64,000 nt of DNA from a virus, in IMG/VR virus record IMGVR_UViG_3300022927_001696, positions 27,581-91,580 of that record. One strand, written 5' to 3'. Below, piece after piece: positions 14,201 through 21,056 of the stretch. The notes below the pieces were generated by a model that searched no databases, was not told the DNA's origin, and was given only the letters and a program-made list of their open reading frames with translations. Within the stretch, counting starts at the first letter, position 1; the number at the start of each line of letters is the position of its first letter. A program made the translations under genes and the position numbers.

Positions 14201-17200
14201 AAAATCCAGGAGTAGATCCTAATCCAGTTGTAGGCTGTGGGGAGGAAACACCAATACCTGAAGATGCTAATTCAAGTGTTGTTGCAACACCTTCTGCAGG
14301 TGCTAAGACATCGATTATTACTCCTGTGGGCAACCCAACAACCAAGAAACAATCAGGCGGTAATAGAAGAAGAGGCGGTGGCGGCGGACACACCAGATAC
14401 GATCAGACTGCATATAAGTATCATCATAACTTTGCAGGCTTTAACAGGCCGTCTATGGCAGGATTTAGTTTTATACCAAGTATATTTAGAAAATCTGTAA
14501 AACTCACGTATGCACCAGACTATGGTGTTCCAGTTTCACTTGCTAGTGGTAGGTATGTAAATAATAATGTACAAAAAATCAGCGGTGGTTTCATATTACC
14601 ATTAGCAAAAAGATTGACATCTAATATTCCTTTAGATAGTGCACCATTAAGATCCTTAGACTCAAAAGAATTACCATTCTATAACATTTTAGATGCAAAT
14701 CAAAGATCATTTGAAAGAGGCGGTATTTTCTATAACTTTGATCCTAGAAAAATTAGTTCAAGTATTAAATTATCTGATGGCACATTCGTAGATGTTTCTA
14801 CAGGAACAACAATTACAGCAGGTGAAGACGGACAACTATTAGGATTAAATCTTGGTGAAACATTTAATTATGATAATCCATATGATGGTTCTAATCCATT
14901 TGGTCCACCGTCAGAAGACCCAGTTGACGTAATACCACCAGAAGAAATTTCTGAAGGTCCTGTACAACCTGATGAGTACAACGAAAATATGATTATTACT
15001 ATTACACCTACAGACGGTGACAATAATCCTGCAGGGCCCGAAGTTCCGGTGCCAATTTTTAGACCTACACCAGGATATACAATTGATTTAAATGGTATTA
15101 ATTTGAATCCAGAAGATGATTTCTTTATTAATGGAACTAGAATTGCTCCAAAAGGAAACAGTCAAGCAGATATTTTAAAATCTATAAATTGTGTAGCCGT
15201 AACAGGATTTGAAGCAAAACCTATAGGCAAAGATAAAATAAGGATCAGTAGTTGTACCAATGCTCCACTTACAGTAAAAGAAGGTTGCTCAGGTGGTGTA
15301 TACAAAGAAGTACTTGACTTCCATATTGTTAAATCATTTGTTAATTCTGAAGTAAGTAATACATCAGTACTAGCACCTGGTACAATATCTGGTAATACTA
15401 ATCCTGTAAATAATTACACACACTTAGATACTGATGGTGGTGTTATTGGAACATCCACATCAACAACATCAGGTGCAACAGGACAAGGTTATGTATTATC
15501 AAGTAAATCAGTAACCACAGGTGGTGACGGATATAGTGTTGGTGACAGACTTAGATTAATAGGTGGTACACCTATTACAGATCCGTTTGCAGGAATCAAA
15601 GAAATCTGTATTCCATTTGCAGGTGCCGGTTATAGTGCACCAGAAAATATTGTAATTACAATTGGAGATGGTACAACCCCAGGTAGAAATGCCACAGTTA
15701 AGGGTGTTGTATTTGATAAAAATAATGGTATTAAAAATGTACTTATAGATAATCCAGGAAGTGAATACGATGCAAATAGACCCCCAGTAGTAAATATAAT
15801 TGATACAGGTTCTGCACAATCACCTATAGTATGGGCAAGTAATATTTCAGTATCAACTAATGATTTAATTCAATACAACGTAAAGGGTGTAGAGTTTATT
15901 ACAAATATTAGCTCAGCAGATGCCGACAGAACACCAGGAACATACGATGTTGATACTTACAATTACAGTTTACAAGGTGGTAGAAAAGCAGAGTTTAGGA
16001 TTACTATAGATGAAACAGGCGCCGCAACAGTAGATATTTTAGCACCTGGAATAGATTTCCCTCAAATTGCAGGTGGTACGTTTACTATTGATGCCGGCGA
16101 TATAGGCGGCACAGGAAGTGATTTAACTTTTGATCTCTTTAGTGTAGGAACTGTAGACATAAAATATTATCAAGCATACGGTAATTTTACAACCGGTAAT
16201 ACATTTGATACAAATAATTTAAGAGAAAGAAACTCTTGGACTGCGCCTGTTCCTGCTAAATTAGAAGCAGTAGTGGCAGAAAACGGAAGAATACCTCGTG
16301 TTGCTAAATTTGAAGTAACAAGTACAGACTACTTAGGAGGTATAACATCTCTAAGAATAATAGACAGAGGTATATACAAAGTCTTCCCAAGTGACTTAAC
16401 AAATGGTTTACCTATAGAATACGATCACGTTAATTTAGGTGATGAAACCGGTACTGACGATGACGGAAACTTTACACAAGGTTCAGGTTTAGGTGAATTT
16501 GATCCTCAAACATTAATAGCTCTGGAATCACCTGGAGCATACGATCCTATATTAGGATTGACCGGAGGTGGTAGAGGTGCCAAAGTATTCTTAACTTCAA
16601 GAGAAATTCCAGACTGTAGTCAGAAAGGTGGAATGAAAGATGCTCTAGGCTTACCAGACTTAATAAACGATCTTAATCCTTTAGACGACTTAGCAAGTGC
16701 TATACAAGGAGCAATAGGCGATTACGGTTACGATCCAGATGATTTAAACGTTGACGTTGATGATATAAATGATTATATAGGCAGACTGAAAATAAATGCA
16801 CCTGGTTTCGAAGGCATTAATATAGATGAGTTGACACCAGGATTATTAACAAAATTAGGTATACCGCCTGGAGATTATAATGTTGCATCACTTTGTATAC
16901 AAGCAGTTGTAGAAACATCTGAAGCAGACGACAATCCGGTTGTAATTGATAAATTAACAGAATTTGCAGATAACTTAGGTTTAGGAATCAGTAAAGAAGG
17001 ACCTGTAGAAGTGTTAAAACTACTTTGTGTTGACACTATAGGTACAGGCCCAGGCTCACAGACACCTGGTCTTACAGATGACAATAATGTTAATATACCG
17101 GGTGCTTCATCTAATATAAATGGTGACGGTTCAAACGGGCAAGACAGAAATAGTATTTTTGGAGACGGTAAAGTTACATTTGCAAAAGACTTATATCAAT

Positions 17201-20200
17201 ATGAATTAAGAACAGTAACAGGTAAACCTGTAAATTTATTAGGTTCCGAAATAAGTCAGGAAACTGAAGTATTATATTTAGAAAGTCAAAGATACGATAC
17301 AGAAACTGCATTAGTTTCTGCAAATAATATAAACATTTCTAACAATATAAACACATTTGGTAATGTATGGATAGACGACTATCAAGGAAATGGTTGGGCA
17401 TATTTAGAAAACGGCGATATAATTCTACAACAAGAAGATATGGTTGATCCTAAATTTATAAACAACTCATTATTATATGATTCAGAAACAGGAAATAAAA
17501 AATATGACTTAGATCTGTGGGACCCATTTAAAGGTGTATTACCGGGCTTTATAGATAAAGAAATTGATTTTATAAGTGAAAATGATCCTGTAGTTTATAC
17601 ATCTTCCAGAAGTAAATTTGATGACAATTATGTTGGTAAGGTCTGGTGGGATACAAGTACACTAAGATATAATTGGTACGAACAAGGTACTAATAGACAA
17701 AGGTGGCTAAATTGGGGTAGCACGTTTCCTGGTAGTGTTATATCATTATATGAATGGGTTAAGAGTGATGTACCACCAACAGGCTTTGCTGGAGAAGGAA
17801 CACCTAAATCTACAGACGGTTATATAGAAAGAAAAGAAAGAAACCCTGTAACAAATATTCTACAACCTGTATATTACTACTGGGTAAGAAATTTAAAAGT
17901 TTTAAGTGATGAAGTTGCAAATAGATTAGGAAGAAATTACGATACATACACTCTAGCAACATATATTTCAGACCCAATAAATTACGGTTTAAATTTAATT
18001 AGTTTTATAAGTGATAATTCATTTGTTGCAAGTAACTTGTCACAAATAATAGATGATGAAGGAGATCATTTACAGATTAATTTCAGTAGAAGTTTAAATA
18101 ACGATGGTAAAAAACATGCCTCATGGGCATTAACTAGAGAAGGCGACAATAATAGTATTATACCAGAAGATCACAGTAGAAAATTAATAGATAGTATTTG
18201 TGAAAAAGATTCTGCAGGAAATATTGTACCGGACCCATTATTAAGTAAAGTACAAAAATATGGTATAAACTTTAGACCAAGACAAACAATGTTTAAAAAT
18301 GCTAAGGAAAGCAGAAGAGAACTTGTAAAATATTTAAACAATCTATTTGCTGGATTGAAATTAAATACAGAATATTCGAATTGGGATTCAACATTACCTG
18401 TAGAAAGAAAATATATTAAAACTGTTGATTGGTTTGAAACTAAAGGACGAGATAATGTTTCTAAACAACCTATTTATTTCGATGAAACATTTAAACCAAT
18501 TTACAAAGTTAATAGTACAGCAGAACTCTTTACATTAAATAATATAGATGACGGTACAGTTGTTCAAGTACAAGGTAGTGCTTCTGAAAGAGCAAAATTA
18601 TACATTTACGATGGCATTAGTAAGACATTTGGATTAATATCAATAAAAGCAGAAACAATACAAATAGATTCTTCTGCATATACCGATGATATAAACGACC
18701 AATTAGCAAATGAGTTACGTTTATTATTGCAATTATTAAAAGACAATGTTTTAAAAGAAAAAGTTATTTGGAATAATTTATTCTTTACAATGTTAAACTA
18801 TGCAATGGTAGAACAACCACAACTTGATTGGGCATTTAAAACAAGTTATGTATATGTCGAAAAAGAAGAAGAAGACCTTAAAGAATTTAAAGGATTTAAA
18901 CCTGATAACTTTGAAAAAGTTATAGAATATATGAATGAGGTAAAACCGTTTACAGCAAAAATCAGAGAATATAAAGACGGCAAGTCTACACCAATAGAAT
19001 ATATTAAAGATCAAATGATAAGTGATTTTGATAAACCGCCTTATGTAGATTTTGTAAATGGAACTGTAAGAATTTTAGATGAAAATAATGCAGACGATGT
19101 AACAATTTTAAGTACAGATACACAATATACAAAATACAATTCAATTTCTAATAAAGGCAGTAGCCCGATTAGACAAGGCAATACGACTATTGTATTTGAT
19201 AGAACAAACTGGAAACCCACACAATTTGAGTGGCAACCCTCAGTAGAATCCGCCAATTTAAGCATTGCCAAAAACTTAGCATGGTTGAGTTCAAGTTCAA
19301 ATACAATAGTTTCAGCCAACACAAATGTAAGGGCAGTTGATAGATTATTTAAATATGATAGTGGTATACAATCATCATTTAGTACAGGAATGCAAAATTA
19401 TTTAACAACAGAGTTAAGTTATTCTAGTGATGACGCAAGTAATATTGCAAATATAAATTTACAAAATAATATATTTAATGCTATAGAAACAGGATATCTT
19501 GATAGTACATTATCAGATCTTAAACTTAAAGTTGGAGGCAATTTTAAAGGTGAAATATTAGATGCAAATGTATTTACAAAGGTAGTTCCTGGCTCCGATG
19601 GCACCTCAGATTTGCAGACAACTTTTGCATATGATACATTAACATATGATTCTGATAGTTTAGATATAAATGCTGATGTTGTAAATTACTCAGGAACTTT
19701 CGATGATAGTGAAGTAGATTTCAGAAGATTTGATGCTACATATCAAGGTTTTGACGGCGTGACATTTAATAAAATGTTATATGGTGAAGAAAGACCGGAA
19801 GAATTGATTTCAATAGACCCACTAGAGAATTTTATAATTACAGTTACAACAAGTGGGTATGAAAACGGTGATGCAACTGGTAATCTAATTACTGCAAATG
19901 CAAGTACAGTAATATATAGAACACACAAAGACATGTTTGGTGGCGCAGAATTTATTAGAGTTAATTTATCAAATGCTACTACTTTATCAGCAAATGTTGA
20001 TGTAAAAGATGATGTTATAAGTGTTGTTGATGCTTCGATATTACCAAAACCTAGAGAAAATACACCAGGTGTTATTTGGATTGAATCAGAAAGAATTGAA
20101 TACAAATCTAGAGATACTGTTAATAATATAATAACTGAATTGACGAGAGGAACAAGAGGAACTACACCACAAAGTTGGATCATAACAGATGAGTCTGGTG

Positions 20201-20373
20201 CAAGTATTACAAGAAACGTATATGATGGTAGCGAAGATCAAACATTTACAAATTTAGTACAAGAACCAGAAAAAGGAATATGGTTAGACAGTGGTGCAAT
20301 AAGTTTATCTGATAAGGCAAATTCAGACATAGGAAATATATCAAGCATCATGAACTTCCTTCACAATAATTAA
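2296..20373 (+). CDS. Giant (6025 aa) virion/baseplate structural protein with YHYH-like domain, CBM-like motifs and Gly-rich beta repeats
   Basis: Uninterrupted 18-kb ORF with TAATG overlap to the upstream gene. Contains GSGY/GxGF repeat modules, HSPIVGWSFDGIPIYGPYGY and a C-terminal ESERIEY...LTRGTRGT motif typical of phage structural proteins. Confidence 0.75.
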   Translation: MADKLYKKLPGILQTDATKNFFESTVEQLFSKANVEVINGYVGLQKSEDFDVTSEFLRESTATRQHYALSPAVNTLNANTNASENLIFYDEFLDTLKISGTGTNNQNRLFSTDYSSFLPPIDIDKFVNYQEYYWSYDQLPAIRISGTVDNPIDIDVDIIGKKSFTSANGVTLKSGMRIIFDGGYVIPDTKTTAEYFVEGVGESIRLIDTNENVETPFSTATLTAWDSTAFTSNDSNVAYTAGNISSVSVLHGGIGYINPVVNFIGANTSVASATANVDSNGTITDVTVTNTGANYSAPISIQISSDSITTSLNSGNTFVTFLNESISQIAPYKTISVDSTNDVFAGQQFSLNGETRTIETVNNASIIAIENITNQYDSSRTPGSYIVNGTGGSGSGQEFIVDVVGPNADGIVEVGNITLSNTSLTGTYPIDFRSANSFIAGNITTSGTGANAYLSVTLDGSGGADIEIVKGGDGFVENDTITISDNILGGDGSGNLELVVTDAVTVGDTFISLSKNGSGFIVGETITISDSDLGGGGANNITFDIARIGDTLTIDEEIYLDGTSNGNIQFIANGFQASIQTSMFTLTSDANGSVITGVSSMALAGVNPTTGEFYLSGSPDFGENFGWDIDTDSSLPGGDAEGDIPWGGRTTQDNPDYNVVGRGASNKNIWSRVNFWHHADNFKEAGVDLPGAEYRAKRPIIEFDYSLEMFNTGNLSVGVVNIVSNEFNKDDIDGTISSDTVDNSPLSIGSTIIFPNDEDNKKYIFKIAHVGGNISLSKIGDPISNPADTEEGDVGFIPFEFKEGMQVSIKSGALGRGLEYHFKDNNLILAQSKLKLHQAPLFNLYNDEGKYLGDELLFKDNTFIGSKIFNYKVGTGTDDSVLNFPLSYKPFTNSAEIEFQNFLETDRTNYIPVGSTSETEILGYYYFKSQNGYSNNWKMSDSKSMQDIKTFYHINTFNIKDKNTKYYIGCEPNINSNKSSGYDITVLKNGSEIKDYTYVGKGFIEFNTFNFIAKDIIEIIAKSDSGLLNERSISKYTIPLNWSRNPDKENITFISEPEYLGHFTNLIKGQENFTGKELEANNFKDTAKNSKFATDIVNVEEDLRLGAFLLDDQPHNLLEAIRFSEREYTKYKNRLRSEVTKYYNSFDVNEFTNEYILNQVLRNVLSLNVGNNTFQQTYIVPFGDNYIEESFIINDVSLRSFTMTAYEDLKKLENSLLVYKARGNTHTLLTINEEFTLDSYNPIKITLNANLDIELGDIIYLKLYNKDRDSAQCPPTPSAMGLYPLTLPVIEKDYSFKEEISVLVGHDGSRSTLFGDARDDIILEFEKRIYNSAIEELIDANSLPSLNIFNVRAGAFRKTNFSNSEWFDLLSNNFSNWVKDNNVDPVINETYNSSDSWTWNFRGSQDIPGYWKGWYEYYYDTVRPHTHPWEMLGFTEKPSWWEDEYGTDYTSTNTALWDDLELGIIRKGPRANFVDNSYLDLPNNPCARIGLHEVIPVDGNGNLISPYDIISTGSTTLKTVWTNAFVSNTFPGNTFINNDGSLNNGVSVSTDASNIYISSNALVNHDINLTTNNVGHNELEEQIISYNVPFTSISGINSVTSNPTSMPEYAIGVLVNGLPLYNVASENSFDNGNTWHYNKLLSEHSDLELGHTDEKGLLHYYKPSPQILGLDEWSTDEHSPIVGWSFDGIPIYGPYGYTEYEANGDIKDNTITNIKSCFRLRLGDRISTPKGSYSGYFVEDYEYDSSKEGIPGHTGSTSSGSYGKYNLRYGITPDSNGTPIQFYVATQDDNGEPMFPYAIGGGTKTHSGGNLVYANKYYGTPQDIANNTLSKGYENTSASEIVRTIKTIDKSSTDKINDSWMLGDGAPVENAWKYSSSYPFAITTALLLAKPGRFATVFADPINVVSTNIEKKRLIHKNTRRSWNFKDSTDFIIHGSRDTNGNFVSNVGYTQFIKSYLNYQGLEIQDNFITPLKTLNIKLAHRMSGFIDKDTSTIRTDQYSITGSARTLIIPSENISINVHDSAYKSRNSYTGVIIEKTTNGYKVRGYDRSFSYFTILESDKNGRKQSIERGGKPADYVNWSTNQSFNINTIVKYLNSYYIAKEKIPASSSFDKSLWSRLPSLPQIGGAKGVYYNDTTGFTRRVNYDTEYTKVEDLFDFLVSLGRYQKSLGYSFGEYDTTINDVRDWAYAAEQFLFWTTGGWEIGNTLELSPMASNVIFENSNEFVAKINKTDKNQFTLLDQDGISISPEECSILRENNRIEITPPQGRQIYSAVLFTKQIEHALILDNLTDFNDTIYNPLLNQRQDRIFIKGKRTLGWTGRFSSEGYIIDNDELQPNLDNATSTMGDYHTLGFIPVDKDVYVASRSLFGFEERSYLTDLDILDDDQFEFYKGMLQSKGTEQSLSQIGRSSSIVQGNITVYSEWALKTGEFGDTDNEQSLELKIDKHEIVQDPQLFKLEFPEDVTGIIKDIVITENKHKYFTVPSLEISAPTKEPKEQATGLVTLDSDGLISSATITNQGSGYESQNAVAKVLAGNINISDTSTTFNVVIAQSSALFGNANVVGISDIEITDHFGNGLATNIDLSSANTVIDVVSAINSNSITNANVVASSVESFDANSNTNFYVLQITGNDFTLGGSGLANLNISADRYQPKQRYAIDIAGNTSAGTGATVKSDILVYVDNTLVSDTNYDYDAGDRWQFTTSSIITSGNYVQNILNPGSENSSSAFASENIVQVDGKYPFVDVYVNGTKLINDTNQTQYTVANTTAITFPDVTNLPGGKLDTNANVYIVERATIDFVDAYQGDIPGKTLQIKVQTNDGIAFTYGEKKLYTITPDIENDEIITIDIDDNERFLKKPTGARNNKLWPTTDKVNYSGVTDSDYRTLPNAGYVLRNNVDYQAYGVTDIADLFDVDRLYKPSKDNLIHVASSENKDWNVYKLRQPANSQISFVEQESIDDTAYLYSTSNLFDYIDSNQLQQNDLSRYLDYTLVLKKASITDNLVIWTNQEIVDKKSAMIRDFGAVSMLQTDVANVTPIDTYEITNIQPAFSQVIEGTATVGANSTVTISYNQGAPKNGDTVRIVDIADNNQTYSASNIAHKDYGNANLSPAPGAVYNSYIEVTTNAANVANIVPNVTPIVLTFTASDYDGIEVEDVLEEVFVASNVNYATGVFEIYSDSAVFQSYFGNVVHDSNIANITSNITNISYSIDVKSNIHNQQYTISNVNPNTSTFTITDANVTANVSPVMVEYFNKCELTVLPIIANTTSYMHNLVAGDVIKVFSQNIRGYYNVQDATEETIIINAPYDSNIATTGKIVTRGVDIQTTENHNLDKKYKGKRVMIHNADNRYYNQLYRVFNVINDNTIRNTEIFAYEPGRTELANAILTTLDHDVVKLNNTSIKIDNISSVPAIADSINRTQAIKRGFTTSDTFGLSFPMLTNGINNLGFKPLDFAGSIPYVTKFDREALENLTIAGGLPIAKNLPTGFTKDKIKGNELEPKYIEAMSNRDGVPNPMTFIEPIGQGSNLPYNQPVQSPINKTIDPYVAPIDYGEPKDTITEVPVVRITSKGASRLKGVDKNPRLGNRESVVLTASVLDTAPKKKCGPECSTTRYRGTRKEDIKNPVTCYTGVNLTNWSVNGTGKDERKWQSQYSGFYTPTNSAGGSHGSIGFQKLGIAGAKTWSDNGSTESITMSFTSQTKGTIYIHVYQIGKGSYDTTRISVSGGSPDFSTLPGYYIGKTERAGSVSRNIIRLDLEEGDNITITGTVKGGSNHWHALEFHLSAQEASFNTCSLPQTDNSEEDSGTANAPSTGTDTDRKIFAYHYKGTSIGFPWWSQEEKRNHFYSVSNGGLGTLLFEHWGIADAINIFQGKDKESCSKLIGQSNLDQLRKLTSEEKDLLMHGELWGTSGTKNFAKTPFTGGFKPESKITNKRYGVRGSGALDFNINEEDGKFLRIEVYGKSTYHHALQLPNVIPDIENPGVDPNPVVGCGEETPIPEDANSSVVATPSAGAKTSIITPVGNPTTKKQSGGNRRRGGGGGHTRYDQTAYKYHHNFAGFNRPSMAGFSFIPSIFRKSVKLTYAPDYGVPVSLASGRYVNNNVQKISGGFILPLAKRLTSNIPLDSAPLRSLDSKELPFYNILDANQRSFERGGIFYNFDPRKISSSIKLSDGTFVDVSTGTTITAGEDGQLLGLNLGETFNYDNPYDGSNPFGPPSEDPVDVIPPEEISEGPVQPDEYNENMIITITPTDGDNNPAGPEVPVPIFRPTPGYTIDLNGINLNPEDDFFINGTRIAPKGNSQADILKSINCVAVTGFEAKPIGKDKIRISSCTNAPLTVKEGCSGGVYKEVLDFHIVKSFVNSEVSNTSVLAPGTISGNTNPVNNYTHLDTDGGVIGTSTSTTSGATGQGYVLSSKSVTTGGDGYSVGDRLRLIGGTPITDPFAGIKEICIPFAGAGYSAPENIVITIGDGTTPGRNATVKGVVFDKNNGIKNVLIDNPGSEYDANRPPVVNIIDTGSAQSPIVWASNISVSTNDLIQYNVKGVEFITNISSADADRTPGTYDVDTYNYSLQGGRKAEFRITIDETGAATVDILAPGIDFPQIAGGTFTIDAGDIGGTGSDLTFDLFSVGTVDIKYYQAYGNFTTGNTFDTNNLRERNSWTAPVPAKLEAVVAENGRIPRVAKFEVTSTDYLGGITSLRIIDRGIYKVFPSDLTNGLPIEYDHVNLGDETGTDDDGNFTQGSGLGEFDPQTLIALESPGAYDPILGLTGGGRGAKVFLTSREIPDCSQKGGMKDALGLPDLINDLNPLDDLASAIQGAIGDYGYDPDDLNVDVDDINDYIGRLKINAPGFEGINIDELTPGLLTKLGIPPGDYNVASLCIQAVVETSEADDNPVVIDKLTEFADNLGLGISKEGPVEVLKLLCVDTIGTGPGSQTPGLTDDNNVNIPGASSNINGDGSNGQDRNSIFGDGKVTFAKDLYQYELRTVTGKPVNLLGSEISQETEVLYLESQRYDTETALVSANNINISNNINTFGNVWIDDYQGNGWAYLENGDIILQQEDMVDPKFINNSLLYDSETGNKKYDLDLWDPFKGVLPGFIDKEIDFISENDPVVYTSSRSKFDDNYVGKVWWDTSTLRYNWYEQGTNRQRWLNWGSTFPGSVISLYEWVKSDVPPTGFAGEGTPKSTDGYIERKERNPVTNILQPVYYYWVRNLKVLSDEVANRLGRNYDTYTLATYISDPINYGLNLISFISDNSFVASNLSQIIDDEGDHLQINFSRSLNNDGKKHASWALTREGDNNSIIPEDHSRKLIDSICEKDSAGNIVPDPLLSKVQKYGINFRPRQTMFKNAKESRRELVKYLNNLFAGLKLNTEYSNWDSTLPVERKYIKTVDWFETKGRDNVSKQPIYFDETFKPIYKVNSTAELFTLNNIDDGTVVQVQGSASERAKLYIYDGISKTFGLISIKAETIQIDSSAYTDDINDQLANELRLLLQLLKDNVLKEKVIWNNLFFTMLNYAMVEQPQLDWAFKTSYVYVEKEEEDLKEFKGFKPDNFEKVIEYMNEVKPFTAKIREYKDGKSTPIEYIKDQMISDFDKPPYVDFVNGTVRILDENNADDVTILSTDTQYTKYNSISNKGSSPIRQGNTTIVFDRTNWKPTQFEWQPSVESANLSIAKNLAWLSSSSNTIVSANTNVRAVDRLFKYDSGIQSSFSTGMQNYLTTELSYSSDDASNIANINLQNNIFNAIETGYLDSTLSDLKLKVGGNFKGEILDANVFTKVVPGSDGTSDLQTTFAYDTLTYDSDSLDINADVVNYSGTFDDSEVDFRRFDATYQGFDGVTFNKMLYGEERPEELISIDPLENFIITVTTSGYENGDATGNLITANASTVIYRTHKDMFGGAEFIRVNLSNATTLSANVDVKDDVISVVDASILPKPRENTPGVIWIESERIEYKSRDTVNNIITELTRGTRGTTPQSWIITDESGASITRNVYDGSEDQTFTNLVQEPEKGIWLDSGAISLSDKANSDIGNISSIMNFLHNN

Positions 20374-20392
20374 TAATATGTTTTTTGAAATA

Positions 20393-20401
20393 TGATAAAT
20401 A
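20393..20401 (+). promoter_or_regulatory. T4-like late promoter (TGATAAATA)
   Basis: TAAATA core, 5 nt before ATG 20407. The motif recurs before several genes. Confidence 0.65.
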
Positions 20402-20406
20402 GTTAC

Positions 20407-21045
20407 ATGGAACACAAGATGAAAGAAAATAACGAACAAAACGTAGATACAAGCCATACTATAGATAATGCCGGTATCAACGTAAGTGGTCACATCTTAA
20501 TCAGAGACAAAGACACAGGCGAAGAATTAATAAACAAGAGAAATGCTATCCATTATGGAAATATGGCATTTATTGTAGCACAGGCATTAAATGGGTTTAA
20601 TACAGAAAATGCATTTATAGATAGAATTGCATTTGGTAATGGTGCTACTAGTGTTGATACCTCTGGTAAAGTAATTTATAAGTCACCTAAGGTAAGTGAA
20701 TCGTATGAGAATTCTGCTTCATTATATAGTAGAACATACTCTAAAAGATTAAATCCTGCGACTTCGGATACATTCATAGAAACTATTAGTGGTGCAAGTT
20801 ATACTGATATAAAGATAAGTTGTACACTTGGTTATAATGAACCCAGTGATGCAGAAAATTTTGATTCTTCAGCAAATAATGAAGGTGACTATGTGTTTGA
20901 CGAACTTGGTCTATTTACATTTCCAACAGATGGTTCTGATATAGATACTAGTACCATGCTTACACATGTAATCTTTCATCCAGTGCAAAAGAGTCAAAAT
21001 AGAAAAATCGAAGTTGTATATACAGTAAGAGTACAACTGAGCTAA
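20407..21045 (+). CDS. Virion structural protein (baseplate/tail associated)
   Basis: GHILIRD...NAIHYGN...FDELGL...HVIFHPVQKS motif pattern and structural context. Start moved from 20392 because that ATG overlaps the promoter. Confidence 0.6.
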   Translation: MEHKMKENNEQNVDTSHTIDNAGINVSGHILIRDKDTGEELINKRNAIHYGNMAFIVAQALNGFNTENAFIDRIAFGNGATSVDTSGKVIYKSPKVSESYENSASLYSRTYSKRLNPATSDTFIETISGASYTDIKISCTLGYNEPSDAENFDSSANNEGDYVFDELGLFTFPTDGSDIDTSTMLTHVIFHPVQKSQNRKIEVVYTVRVQLS

Positions 21046-21056
21046 TGGGGTAAACG

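Noticed and set aside
2296-20373. Intein or frameshift in the giant ORF
   Set aside because: No Hint or LAGLIDADG motifs recognised and the frame is uninterrupted.
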